Part shown: piece after piece, positions 27,365 to 37,390 of the stretch | How the letters are laid out: every line of letters begins with the position of its first letter | How positions within the stretch are numbered: the first letter of the stretch is position 1 | The notes under the pieces: generated by a model | What the model was told of the DNA's origin: nothing | Databases searched by the model: none | The model's input: the letters and a program-made list of their open reading frames with translations, nothing else | Program-made: the position numbers and the translations under genes | Assembly (NCBI GenBank): GCA_043745805.1 | Contig: JAYTSD010000012.1 | Span: 1 to 42,907 of the forward strand | From: Fibrobacteria bacterium | GTDB lineage: Bacteria; Fibrobacterota; Fibrobacteria; UBA11236 | DNA: 42,907 bases | Reading direction: 5' to 3'

Positions 27365-28921
27365 TTATTTGGGAACTAAAGTTACCAAAGGAATGAGTAG
27401 CTCCTCAATCGACAAGCCGCCGCTGACCATTTGATCTTTGAATTGTGTCATGAAATATTGAAATTTATTGGGATAAACAAAATAATTATTGTCCTTGGCA
27501 ATTGCGTAGGCCAATTTGCCGACTTCACCCGGTAACCCGTATTGTACCGGGGTTTCTACAAATAAAGCGTGACGTTCATCACAGGAGATATCTTGTCCAA
27601 TTTTTACGCGAGGATTAGGCGTTTTTTCTTCTTGGCAAAATACTTCAGCAGGGTTTTCGGCAAGCACGGTGCCATGATCACTTGTTAAAACCACATATCT
27701 TTTTTGGGCAGCAAAATATTTTAAAATTTCAAAAACATTGGAAGATTGAAACCAGGTTTTGGCTAATTCGCGAAAGCCTTTTTCATTGGGCGTAATTTCC
27801 ATCATCAAAGGATTTTCACGACGTAATAAATTAAGCATATCAAAAAAATCAACTACCAAGGTTACCAAAGGCGCGTCATCGTATTTGGAAATTTCTTCGA
27901 GAAATTTTTTGCTTTCATCGTGATATTTAAGATGAATGATATTGGGATCTTCACAATCAATGCCGTTCACCCGTAAATTCATTTTCAGTAATTCACGCTC
28001 ATAGGGAGTTTTATCTTCCTCCTCTTGCAATTTTTCCCATAATTGAGGTTGTTGCAAGCTAACTTCGCGGGGACTTTGTCCGGAAAACAAACCGGCACGG
28101 CAATTATTTTTTTCGCTGGGTAAAAGTGCCCAAGAAATAGAATTTTCGACTTTAAAATAAGGTTCTAATAAACTTTGAATAGCAATCCATTGATCGGTGC
28201 GAAATCCCGCCATCACTAATAGACACACCTTTTCATTGCGTTTCATCAACGGAAAAACTTTGCGTTTTAAGGCTTGCGAGCATAAATTGGGATTGCCGCC
28301 TTTTTTGCCAAACCATTGCACATAATTTTCTTCGACATAGGCAATAAATTTTTTTGCCACTTCCTTTTTTTGATTACGATGCGTGTCTTCAAGTCCCTGA
28401 TCGGAAATCGATTGCAAATCATTATCCCACTTACAAAGTTGAAAATGAATCTTTTCCCATTTTGCAGGAGTGATATTTGTCATGAGACCAATTTTATTTT
28501 CGGAGTACTCGCGAATATAGGCAGCACTAATGTGGTTGTGGCGAATGGCGCGTGAATGCAAAATACTTTTGCATACCGAAAGAATTTGCAAAGGATTAAC
28601 CGGTTTAATTAAATACCCATTAATATTACGCCCTAAAGCCGCTTCCATCAAACGTTCTTCTTCGCTTTTGGTGACCATTACTACGGGAATGCTACCGTCA
28701 TACGCTTTAATTTCTTCTAGCGTGGTTAGGCCATCTTTACCAGCCATTTGTTCATCAAGTAAAACTAAATCATAAGCTTTCTCTTTGATCATAGCTACCG
28801 CATCATCGCCATTGGTAGCCTTTTCAACTTCATAACCATGCTCTTCCAAGAACATAATATGTGCTCTTAAGAATTCAATTTCATCATCTACCCATAGTAA
28901 ACGTTTCTTTGGAGTCATCAT
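27365..28921 (-). CDS. PorX-like response regulator (REC + PglZ domain)
   Basis: LWVDDEIEFLRAHIMFLEEHGY; LLDEQM; MVTKSEEE; KPVNP; TSDHG; GGLSIEELLIP; followed by tsaE as for Bacteroidota porX. Confidence 0.88.
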   Translation of the reverse strand: MMTPKKRLLWVDDEIEFLRAHIMFLEEHGYEVEKATNGDDAVAMIKEKAYDLVLLDEQMAGKDGLTTLEEIKAYDGSIPVVMVTKSEEERLMEAALGRNINGYLIKPVNPLQILSVCKSILHSRAIRHNHISAAYIREYSENKIGLMTNITPAKWEKIHFQLCKWDNDLQSISDQGLEDTHRNQKKEVAKKFIAYVEENYVQWFGKKGGNPNLCSQALKRKVFPLMKRNEKVCLLVMAGFRTDQWIAIQSLLEPYFKVENSISWALLPSEKNNCRAGLFSGQSPREVSLQQPQLWEKLQEEEDKTPYERELLKMNLRVNGIDCEDPNIIHLKYHDESKKFLEEISKYDDAPLVTLVVDFFDMLNLLRRENPLMMEITPNEKGFRELAKTWFQSSNVFEILKYFAAQKRYVVLTSDHGTVLAENPAEVFCQEEKTPNPRVKIGQDISCDERHALFVETPVQYGLPGEVGKLAYAIAKDNNYFVYPNKFQYFMTQFKDQMVSGGLSIEELLIPLVTLVPK

Positions 28922-30249
28922 GATTTTTTCCTATTGATTCTTTCCGGAGAAACCGGAAGCGTGATTTTGAATTCTGTTCCCGACTCTCGAGAACTTTTTT
29001 CCACATAAATTTTACCGTCGTGATAATCCTGTACAATACGTCGGCACAAGGACAATCCCAAACCCCAACCTCTTTTTTTAGTGGTGAAGCCAGGGTTAAA
29101 AATTCTTTTCAAATTTTCCTTGGGAATTCCTTTTCCATTATCGACTACTGTAACAAAAACTTTGTCTTGTTCTGCATTAGAGGCTGTGGTAATTTTAATG
29201 GCTCCATTATTGACTTCAATGGAGTCCACTGCATTACGAATTAGGTTTTCAAATACCCAACCGATTAATTCACGATTAAACCAGATCTCTGGCATAGGCC
29301 CTTGCTTTAATTCAAGAGTAATTTTTTTACCCAAATGCGGTAAGCGACTTTGAAAATATTCCACAATCAAGACGAGGGTCGAATTTAAATCCTGCTTTTT
29401 TAATTCCGGTATAGAGCCTATTTGAGAAAAACGCGTGGCCACACGATTCAATCGCGAGATGTCACTTTCCATTTCGCGCAGAATTTGTAATTGCTTTTCT
29501 GCTTCGGGCGTACCTTCCATTTTCATTTTCAAATAATCTAGCCAACCTAAAAGCGAAGAAATGGGTGTGCCTAATTGATGCGCGGTTTCTTTGGCTAAGC
29601 CCACCCAGAGCACGCTTTGTTCATTTGAGCGAATAATGTAAACACCTACATAACCCAATATTAAAAAGAGAAAAATGATTACGAACTCCGCTAATGGCGT
29701 CCATGATAAAATGGGAACCAAAGTGATTTCCCCATAATGTAAAACCCCAAAAATATGCCCTTCCGCCGCTAATTCCAGAGGCTTGTTTTTTTGATCAAAT
29801 TTTTTAATCAAATTCATGAGCGCATCTTGATCCATTTTATTCAGGAATAAAAATGGGACTTGTGGTACTTTACTTTTTTCTTGCTTCCAAAAATTCAAAA
29901 CAATATTGTTCCAGTTTATCGGAACATTATGATTATCAGTGATAATCATTGGCACTTTGGATTTACGCACGACTTCATTGAATATCACATTAATTTCATC
30001 GCGATTAAGTTGTTCGGCAATGGCCACTGCATAAAGGCGTGCTTCTTTATCATTTACTTCGGCGGCCTGATTTTCCAAATTATTGATAAACAATTGATTC
30101 AGTAAAATGAAGCAGGCTAATAAAAATAAAGCCGTAACAAAAAGAATGTATTTAATATTGGAAAGTGTAAGCGCAGCAAGCCAAGCCTTAACCCGCCGCC
30201 AAAAGGGCCCACGCAGAACACGAAAAAAATTACTGATGAGTGTCTTCAG
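28918..30249 (-). CDS. Membrane sensor histidine kinase; start extended to a probable CTG at 30249
   Basis: H-box KETAHQLGTP; ENLIRNA; DNGKG; PGFTTKKRGWGLGL. The frame is open about 52 codons upstream of TTG 30093 and encodes a first TM helix. Confidence 0.88.
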   Translation of the reverse strand: MKTLISNFFRVLRGPFWRRVKAWLAALTLSNIKYILFVTALFLLACFILLNQLFINNLENQAAEVNDKEARLYAVAIAEQLNRDEINVIFNEVVRKSKVPMIITDNHNVPINWNNIVLNFWKQEKSKVPQVPFLFLNKMDQDALMNLIKKFDQKNKPLELAAEGHIFGVLHYGEITLVPILSWTPLAEFVIIFLFLILGYVGVYIIRSNEQSVLWVGLAKETAHQLGTPISSLLGWLDYLKMKMEGTPEAEKQLQILREMESDISRLNRVATRFSQIGSIPELKKQDLNSTLVLIVEYFQSRLPHLGKKITLELKQGPMPEIWFNRELIGWVFENLIRNAVDSIEVNNGAIKITTASNAEQDKVFVTVVDNGKGIPKENLKRIFNPGFTTKKRGWGLGLSLCRRIVQDYHDGKIYVEKSSRESGTEFKITLPVSPERINRKKS

Positions 30250-30251
30250 AA

Positions 30252-31526
30252 TTATCCTTGAGGTTTAATTTCCTTTAAGCCATTCATATAGGGTTGCAAA
30301 ACTTCGGGAATCCGCAAACCGCCGACTTCAGTTTGATAGGTTTCGAGTAGGGCAACTAAAATTCTTGGAGTGGCCAAACCCGAACCATTTAGTGTATGCA
30401 CGAATTGCATTTTCCCATCAATTTTGGTGCGTATATTGGCACGACGCGCTTGAAAGTCTTCAAAATTAGAAACACTAGAAACCTCTAACCACATTTGTTC
30501 TGCTGGAGCAAGTACTTCGAGATCATAACATTTCGCTGCGCCGAATCCCATATCTCCGGCACATAATTCTAATACGCGATACTGTAAACCTAATTGACGT
30601 AACAATGATTCGGCATAGCCACGCAATTCTTCTAAGGCGGCATACGATTTAGATGCTTCAGAAAACTTAACCATTTCCACTTTATCAAATTGATGTAGGC
30701 GTAAAAAACCTCGTGTATCTTTGCCCCAAGAGCCTGCTTCACGTCGAAAGCAAGCGGTAAAAGCGACATAAGAAATAGGTAAGTCGCCGAGGGGTAAAAT
30801 TTCATCGGCATGCATATTGGTTACGGGAACTTCTGCGGTGGGGATTAAATATAAATCATCATCATTACAGGTATACATATCTTCGGCAAACTTAGGTAAC
30901 TGCCCTGTTCCTATCATGGAATTCCGATTTACTAAATGCGGAGGAGAAATTTCCGTAAAGCCATGCTTATCGACATGTGTATCTAAAAAGAATTGAATCA
31001 AAGCTCTTTCTAAACGTGCGCCAAGGCCGGTATATATGGGAAAGCCACGGCCCGTTATTTTGGCACCGCGTTCGAAGTCAAATAATTTCAGGGCTTTACC
31101 AATTTCCAAATGATTTTTGGGAGTAAAGGAAAATTCTGGTTTGCTTCCCCATTCCTTACTGACCACATTGTCGGCAGAGGATTTACCATTAGGCACGGAG
31201 GCATGTGGCAGATTAGGAATTATTAGCGCCATTTCATGAAACTGTTGATCCAACGCATTGTGCTTATCTTGTTGGATTTTAATTTCATCGCCTAAGGTGC
31301 GCGTTTTCTCAATAGATTCTTGGGCATCTTGGCCATTGCGTTTTAGCTCTGCAATTTTTTCGGAAGCCGTATTGCGTTCGAATTTCAATTGATCAAGCTT
31401 GCCGCCAATTTCTCGCTTTTCAGCATCCAAGCGTGCCATCAGGTCAATATCAATTTTGCTTCCTCGACGTTCCAGTCCAATTCTAATGGATTCGAGATCT
31501 TCGCGGAATAATTTGGGATCTAGCAT
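30252..31526 (-). CDS. serS: Seryl-tRNA synthetase
   Basis: GTGQLPKF; LIPTAEVP; CFRREAGS; RLHQFDKVE; HTLNGSGLA. Confidence 0.98.
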   Translation of the reverse strand: MLDPKLFREDLESIRIGLERRGSKIDIDLMARLDAEKREIGGKLDQLKFERNTASEKIAELKRNGQDAQESIEKTRTLGDEIKIQQDKHNALDQQFHEMALIIPNLPHASVPNGKSSADNVVSKEWGSKPEFSFTPKNHLEIGKALKLFDFERGAKITGRGFPIYTGLGARLERALIQFFLDTHVDKHGFTEISPPHLVNRNSMIGTGQLPKFAEDMYTCNDDDLYLIPTAEVPVTNMHADEILPLGDLPISYVAFTACFRREAGSWGKDTRGFLRLHQFDKVEMVKFSEASKSYAALEELRGYAESLLRQLGLQYRVLELCAGDMGFGAAKCYDLEVLAPAEQMWLEVSSVSNFEDFQARRANIRTKIDGKMQFVHTLNGSGLATPRILVALLETYQTEVGGLRIPEVLQPYMNGLKEIKPQG

Positions 31527-31636
31527 AAAGTCTTAAACCTTTAACCTAAGTTGAAAAGTCTCCAATTTAGCAATATTTAGCGGCCCTGTATTTTATAGTT
31601 TATAATTCCTCACGAACGGTTGCAGAAAGGGTCGGC

Positions 31637-34063
31637 ATGCGAAGGTTGTGGATTTTTATTGGGGCTATTTTGCCTTTGTCAATTTGGGCGCAAACCTATG
31701 ATGCTGTAGGGACGATCATCGATGGCGATCGCCATGAGCCTTTGGCAAATGTGGAAATATTTGCAAAAACCGGTCAAAAATTAGGCGTTTCCAATGAAAA
31801 AGGGCGCTTCCAAATCACTGCTAATAGCCGCCATGCCATTTTGGTGTTTAAAAAAGTGACCTTTAAGGAGGTCGAATTAGACCTCGGGGAATTGCCCGAT
31901 TTAATCGATATCGAGGTGAGTTTAGAAAGTTCCGTACAAGAGTTAGCTGAAAAAATCGTGCGTGGAAAATTGCAAACCAATGTGAGTCCTTACACTAAGC
32001 AAAGCATTGAAGAATTAGAAATGTATGGGGGTATGAAAATTGATTTGAATGATCATTTGCGTCAACTACCTGGGGTTTCGGGAATGACGGAATTTAGTAA
32101 TGATATTTCGGTTTACGGAGGACGTACCGCCGATGCTACCCATTATTTAGGTCAAAGCCGTTTGCCCAGTTTAAGGCACTTAGATATTGGATTACCTGGC
32201 AATCAAAGTGTGATTAATCCACGCTTACTCAAGTCGATTTCTTTAGAAGATAATTTAGCGCGTGGCCCATTACAGCAGGGAAATTCTTCGGCTTTGGTAT
32301 ACGATTTAAAAGAAGGCGATCCCGATTATATTCGCGGGGATATAATTTTTGGCACGATTAATCGTGAATTAAATCTTAATGGTTACTGGGATGGGCGCAC
32401 CTACATGATTAGCGGACGTTATTTAGAGCCAACTTTCCTCTCTAATTTGGGGAGTAAATTTTATACTCAGCCTAAAGAAGCAAGACTCAATAAAAGTGTG
32501 GAAATCTGTAAATCCAAAAGTGAATGTCCTGAGATAGAAGATCCTATTCATACCGAAAGTGGAGATTTGTTGGTTAGTACTTTTTATAAAGATAGCACCG
32601 GCGCTTCAAGTCGTTGGAGTTTTTTAGGCGTGCGGGATAGCTTTGATATAAAACAAGATATTGCAGATTCAAAAGCAAAAAGTACGGTTCAGCATTTAAA
32701 TGAAGGCGGACAAGTCGCTGGTTTATTTAGTTATGAAAGTAATACGCCTTATACTACTGGCGATTATCAAAATTCTTTCGGTTATCTTTATCGTTCTAAA
32801 TTAGATGTGGAAAGAGATAGTCTTCCTCCCGCTATTGATAATGCGACATCACGACCATGGTATTTACATCAACCCGAAAATAAATTGGGAAATACTAGTT
32901 CGGAGGAGTATAAATACTTCGCTGCTTTTCAATGGAATTCCAATCAAAAATTATTTGGTGCCCAATACGGATACGGAGGCGAAACCGAATATGGCATTGA
33001 GCGCAGAGCATTTCTTACCACATCCACCAATGGAATTGATCGTAATGATGGGGCCGCGCGCGAAAATTATTGGGGTACGCAAAGCATGCTTCGCTTAAAA
33101 TGGAACTTGGAATCCAAAAGTAATATTGAATCCTCCTTTGGATTATATTTTTTAGCCGACAATATTGGACAGGGCAAAGGGGTAACTTGGAAAGTACCTG
33201 CTCCCGTGGCAAGCATGCGTTATAATCGCGAAATATTAGACGGTCAAAAAGCTTATACCGAAATAGCTTTGCGGCAAAATGCAGATGTTCAGCCGGTGGG
33301 AGTAGATAATATTGCGGCGGTTACTACGAGTAGTATTGAATCCAAAATTGGTTTGCATGGCAATATGGGATCACAATTAAATTATTCTTCAAGTGTGTAC
33401 GCGCGCGCATATCAAAAACCCACTTTGCCTATTCCTGAAGTGTATTGGAATTATGCGGAAATACAAAAAGCCGATTATGCTTTAGTGCCTGGCGCCAATG
33501 TTACGGTAGCATGGAATCCCAGTCATCATATGGGTCTGAATATGAATGGCTCGGTGGTACAAGGTGATTATTATTTGAGTGATGGCAATGCTTTGCCATG
33601 GGAAGCCAATCGCACATTGGATTTGGTTTCCAATCTGCGGGTATTACCACGTAATGATTCGCTATTTAGTTTTATCCTTACCTATACGGTTAATAATGAT
33701 GTGCCTTTATATGAGTATACCGGATTATGGAATGCGCAGGCGGGTAAAAATGGCCTACCTACCTTAACGCGTCATGTACAAGCCAGTTCGGAATACCCCA
33801 CCGTTTCGCGAGCGCGCACCGATATGCGTGTGAACATTGATTTAAAAAGCAAATGGAAACCGTTGGAATCCATGCGCTTCTTTTTTGAAGTGGATAATAT
33901 TTTTGGAAATATCGACTCACCTAATTTTGCTTGGCTAGGTGGGGATAATAAAAAACGTAGAAGCTGGACCCGAGCCAATTCCCAAGGTGACTTGGATCCC
34001 ATGGTGAATAGAGGCTTGGGCTTCTTTATTATGTTTGGCTTCGAAGGCAAACTGATGATTTAA
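31637..34063 (+). CDS. TonB-dependent receptor-like outer membrane protein
   Basis: Signal peptide; carboxypeptidase-regulatory-like N-domain (EPLANVEI..SNEKGRF); plug-like LRQLPGVS..ISVYGG; C-terminal FFEVDNIF. Confidence 0.7.
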   Translation: MRRLWIFIGAILPLSIWAQTYDAVGTIIDGDRHEPLANVEIFAKTGQKLGVSNEKGRFQITANSRHAILVFKKVTFKEVELDLGELPDLIDIEVSLESSVQELAEKIVRGKLQTNVSPYTKQSIEELEMYGGMKIDLNDHLRQLPGVSGMTEFSNDISVYGGRTADATHYLGQSRLPSLRHLDIGLPGNQSVINPRLLKSISLEDNLARGPLQQGNSSALVYDLKEGDPDYIRGDIIFGTINRELNLNGYWDGRTYMISGRYLEPTFLSNLGSKFYTQPKEARLNKSVEICKSKSECPEIEDPIHTESGDLLVSTFYKDSTGASSRWSFLGVRDSFDIKQDIADSKAKSTVQHLNEGGQVAGLFSYESNTPYTTGDYQNSFGYLYRSKLDVERDSLPPAIDNATSRPWYLHQPENKLGNTSSEEYKYFAAFQWNSNQKLFGAQYGYGGETEYGIERRAFLTTSTNGIDRNDGAARENYWGTQSMLRLKWNLESKSNIESSFGLYFLADNIGQGKGVTWKVPAPVASMRYNREILDGQKAYTEIALRQNADVQPVGVDNIAAVTTSSIESKIGLHGNMGSQLNYSSSVYARAYQKPTLPIPEVYWNYAEIQKADYALVPGANVTVAWNPSHHMGLNMNGSVVQGDYYLSDGNALPWEANRTLDLVSNLRVLPRNDSLFSFILTYTVNNDVPLYEYTGLWNAQAGKNGLPTLTRHVQASSEYPTVSRARTDMRVNIDLKSKWKPLESMRFFFEVDNIFGNIDSPNFAWLGGDNKKRRSWTRANSQGDLDPMVNRGLGFFIMFGFEGKLMI

Positions 34064-34065
34064 TA

Positions 34066-34105
34066 TTTCATGTAGGGGCACAATATGTTGTGCCCCTACA
34101 TGAAA
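34066..34105. repeat. GTAG-type REP-like palindrome, probably also a bidirectional terminator
   Basis: tttcat-GTAGGGGCACAA-tatg-TTGTGCCCCTAC-atgaaa between convergent genes. Confidence 0.75.
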
Positions 34106-34110
34106 ATCGG

Positions 34111-35682
34111 TTACTCTTCTGATTTTAGCGCTACAAAGTCGATTCTGCCTTTGAACAATACTTTGAAGGCAATTTTTTCATTGGACTTTAAAGTTTTAAG
34201 CATGGCCATAAACTTTAAAGCATCTTCAATGTTTACAAATCCGTCATCGCTTTGACGTTTATACGCTTGTAATACAATACCTTCGGTAAGCCCCGCTTCC
34301 GCAGCCCCAGAACCATTGGAAACCGAGGTGATTACTACACCTTTAGCCTCATTGGAAATATTGTATTTAGTGCGTAATTCTTTATCTAAAATGCCAAAAT
34401 TTAAGCCTAATTTTTTCGAGAAAAAATTGCCTTCTTCTTGATTATCATTAGGTTCAGAATTTTCATCATTTCCGCCGGCTTCATCGGGTTTCGCGCCTAC
34501 TTTAAGGTCCAATGAAATCTTCTTTCCCTCGCGTAAAATATCGAAGTTGTATTTTTGATTGGGTTTTAAATCGGCCACCATATTGCGCAAATCTGCGGCA
34601 TCCTGCACGGCGGTGCCTTCTACTTTAAGGATAATATCTGCTTCTTTCAATCCTCCTTTGGCGGCGGGGCTATTCTTCATCACATCTTTTACCAAGCAAC
34701 CTTGTGTGCCAGTTAATCCCATAGCTTCCGCTAAGTTTTCACTCACATTGTCTATGCCAATACCCAGATACCCACGTGTTACCTTTCCTTCATAAATTAA
34801 ATCTTCGGCAACTTTAACAGCCATATTAATAGGAATGGCAAAGCTTACGCCCATATAGCCTCCGGTGCGTGTGTAAATGCTGGAATTAATACCTACTACT
34901 TCCCCTTTTAAATTAACCAAAGGTCCACCCGAATTACCGGGATTAACGGCGGCATCAGTTTGAATAAAATCCTGATAGGAATCGGCACTGGATATTTGAT
35001 CGCGACGTCCTTTAGCGGAAACAATACCCGCAGTTACGGTATTTTGTAAAGCAAAGGGATTTCCAATAGCGAGTACCCATTCGCCAATGGTTAATTTTTT
35101 GGAATCACCAAAATCGGCTACCGTTAATTCTTCAGGCTTGGCCGTAATTTTTAATACCGCTACATCTGCTTTTTTATCCACGCCCACAACTTTTGCGGTA
35201 TAAGTTTTTTTATTGAGTAAACTCACCTTCACGATGTCGGCACCTTCTACCACATGGGCATTGGTAAATACATAGCCCTGTTTGGAAACAATAAAACCCG
35301 AGCCTCCGCCTAAAGGAATATTGCGTTTGGGTCCATTACTTTCAGGAGCTTGTTGGGGTTGTTGGGGGATACCAAAAAATTCATAGAGAGGATTATTAAG
35401 TTGTTGATCGCGTTCCGAATATTTTTTTTCCGTGTTCACGCTCACTACTGCGGGCGAAACATGATCCACGACCTTGGTAAAAAAAGAGTTGAATTGATCA
35501 ATTTTACTTTCATCAGTTTGTGCGGGATGGCCTTTGCCAATGTCCAAACTTCCACGTTTCGGACGAGGATCTTCTTTTTCTTTGGTGTCTTTTGCCGCCA
35601 TGGCCATGCCACATAATCCGCTGCTAATGATTAAGCCAAGTGCCAAATTATTCCATTTCATTGCGTTCATCTTTTTTACCAT
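34111..35682 (-). CDS. HtrA/DegP-family serine protease with two PDZ domains
   Basis: TNAHVV; DVAVLK; IQTDAAVNPGNSGGPL; RGYLGI. Confidence 0.95.
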   Translation of the reverse strand: MVKKMNAMKWNNLALGLIISSGLCGMAMAAKDTKEKEDPRPKRGSLDIGKGHPAQTDESKIDQFNSFFTKVVDHVSPAVVSVNTEKKYSERDQQLNNPLYEFFGIPQQPQQAPESNGPKRNIPLGGGSGFIVSKQGYVFTNAHVVEGADIVKVSLLNKKTYTAKVVGVDKKADVAVLKITAKPEELTVADFGDSKKLTIGEWVLAIGNPFALQNTVTAGIVSAKGRRDQISSADSYQDFIQTDAAVNPGNSGGPLVNLKGEVVGINSSIYTRTGGYMGVSFAIPINMAVKVAEDLIYEGKVTRGYLGIGIDNVSENLAEAMGLTGTQGCLVKDVMKNSPAAKGGLKEADIILKVEGTAVQDAADLRNMVADLKPNQKYNFDILREGKKISLDLKVGAKPDEAGGNDENSEPNDNQEEGNFFSKKLGLNFGILDKELRTKYNISNEAKGVVITSVSNGSGAAEAGLTEGIVLQAYKRQSDDGFVNIEDALKFMAMLKTLKSNEKIAFKVLFKGRIDFVALKSEE

Positions 35683-35887
35683 TACCTTTCTAGTCCTTTA
35701 AATGCCGAAGCTATTATTGTGAAATTATGGTGAATACATTACAAAATACCCTCGGAATGGAGCCAAGATATCGTGGGTTATGACTTAAAAATTACAAATA
35801 GGAATGTTTTTTAGGGATAAATTTCACTAGTAAGCTGGACAAAAGATTTTTAGTTTTCCCCCTTTGCAAAAAAATGAGGAAGCAGAC

Positions 35888-37309
35888 ATGAGTCAAGCAG
35901 ATATCGGCCTAATTGGGCTCGCCGTAATGGGTGAAAACTTAGTGTTAAACATGGAAAGCCGCGGATTCACCGTAGCCATTTATAACCGTACCGTGGCTAA
36001 GGTCGATGAATTAGCGCAAGGACGTGGTAAAGGCAAAAAATTAATTGCCTGTCATAGCATCGAAGATTTTGTGAAATCCTTAAAAGCTCCACGTAAAATT
36101 ATGTGTATGGTTAAAGCGGGTCCTGCAGTAGATGATTTAATCGAACAAATACTCCCGCATTTAAGCCCTAATGATATTTTGATTGATGGGGGTAACGCGT
36201 ATTTTCCTGACACCATTCGCCGCACTAAGTATTTGGAAGCAAAAGGCTTTCGTTTCTTAGGCGCTGGTGTTTCAGGTGGTGAAGAAGGTGCGCTCAAAGG
36301 CCCGTCCATTATGCCCGGTGGTTCGCTTTCTGCATGGCCAGAATTGAAACCTATTTTTCAAGCCATTGCGGCTAAAGTAGGTCCGAATAAAGACATCCCT
36401 TGCTGTGATTGGGTGGGTGCCGACGGTGCCGGACATTATGTAAAAATGGTGCATAATGGTATTGAATATGGGGATATGCAATTAATTTGTGAAGCCTATT
36501 TCATGATGAAAGTATTACTCAAAATGAGCGCTCCCGAAATTGGCGCCGTATTTGAAGAATGGAATAAAGGTCCTTTGGACTCTTATCTCATTGAAATCAC
36601 ACGCGACATTCTTGGTAAAAAAGATGGCGAAAATTATTTAGTTGATTTTATTCTCGATAAAGCCGGTCAAAAAGGCACGGGTAAATGGACATCCCAAAAT
36701 GCACTTGATCTTGGAACACCTATTCCAACGATGATGGAAGCCGTAGTCGCGCGTAGCTTGAGTTCCATGAAGGATGAACGTGTAGCCGCGAGTAAGCAAC
36801 TAAAAGCCCCTGCGATTAGCAGTACATTGGATAAAAAGCAATTATTAGCGGCTATACACGATGCCTTATACGCTTCAAAAATCATGTCTTATGCGCAAGG
36901 TTTTCAATTGTTACGTGCAGCCGCAACCGAATACAAATGGGATTTGAATTATGGTTCCATTGCCATGATGTGGCGTGGTGGTTGTATTATTCGTGCGCAG
37001 TTTTTGGAAGAAATCAAAAACGCTTTCGAAGTGAATCCTAAATTAGCGAATTTAGTTTTAGCACCTTATTTCCATTCGGTAATTAGTAATGGCGAAAAAA
37101 ATTGGCGTTTAGCGGTTTGCGAAGCTATTAAAAATGGTATTGCGGTTCCTGCTTTTAGTTCGGCTTTAGCGTATTATGATTCCTATCGTAGTGCGTCCTT
37201 GCCCGCTAATTTATTGCAAGCGCAACGCGACTATTTTGGCGCGCATACTTATGAACGGACTGATAAACCGGGCGTCTTTCATACCGAATGGCTTGAAGGA
37301 CTTCGGTAA
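35888..37309 (+). CDS. gndA: 6-phosphogluconate dehydrogenase, decarboxylating
   Basis: IGLAVMGENL; VSGGEEGA; KMVHNGIEY; QAQRDYFGAHTY; GAGG RBS before ATG 35888. Confidence 0.98.
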   Translation: MSQADIGLIGLAVMGENLVLNMESRGFTVAIYNRTVAKVDELAQGRGKGKKLIACHSIEDFVKSLKAPRKIMCMVKAGPAVDDLIEQILPHLSPNDILIDGGNAYFPDTIRRTKYLEAKGFRFLGAGVSGGEEGALKGPSIMPGGSLSAWPELKPIFQAIAAKVGPNKDIPCCDWVGADGAGHYVKMVHNGIEYGDMQLICEAYFMMKVLLKMSAPEIGAVFEEWNKGPLDSYLIEITRDILGKKDGENYLVDFILDKAGQKGTGKWTSQNALDLGTPIPTMMEAVVARSLSSMKDERVAASKQLKAPAISSTLDKKQLLAAIHDALYASKIMSYAQGFQLLRAAATEYKWDLNYGSIAMMWRGGCIIRAQFLEEIKNAFEVNPKLANLVLAPYFHSVISNGEKNWRLAVCEAIKNGIAVPAFSSALAYYDSYRSASLPANLLQAQRDYFGAHTYERTDKPGVFHTEWLEGLR

Positions 37310-37356
37310 CCTTTAGGTTATCAAGGTTACTTTCTTTCTGTGACAGAAAAACTATT

Positions 37357-37390
37357 AACCGGTCCCGGACTATTCAGGACCGGTTTTTTT
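37357..37390 (+). terminator. Intrinsic terminator after gndA
   Basis: aaccggtcc...ggaccggtt followed by a T run; a second hairpin gtaacctt/aaggttac at 37306-37330. Confidence 0.8.

Noticed and set aside
23127-28921. PglZ domain plus adenine methylase as a BREX-like defence system
   Set aside because: PglZ is fused to a receiver in porX-tsaE context, the methylase is Dam-type rather than PglX, there is no BrxC/BrxL, and unrelated genes intervene.
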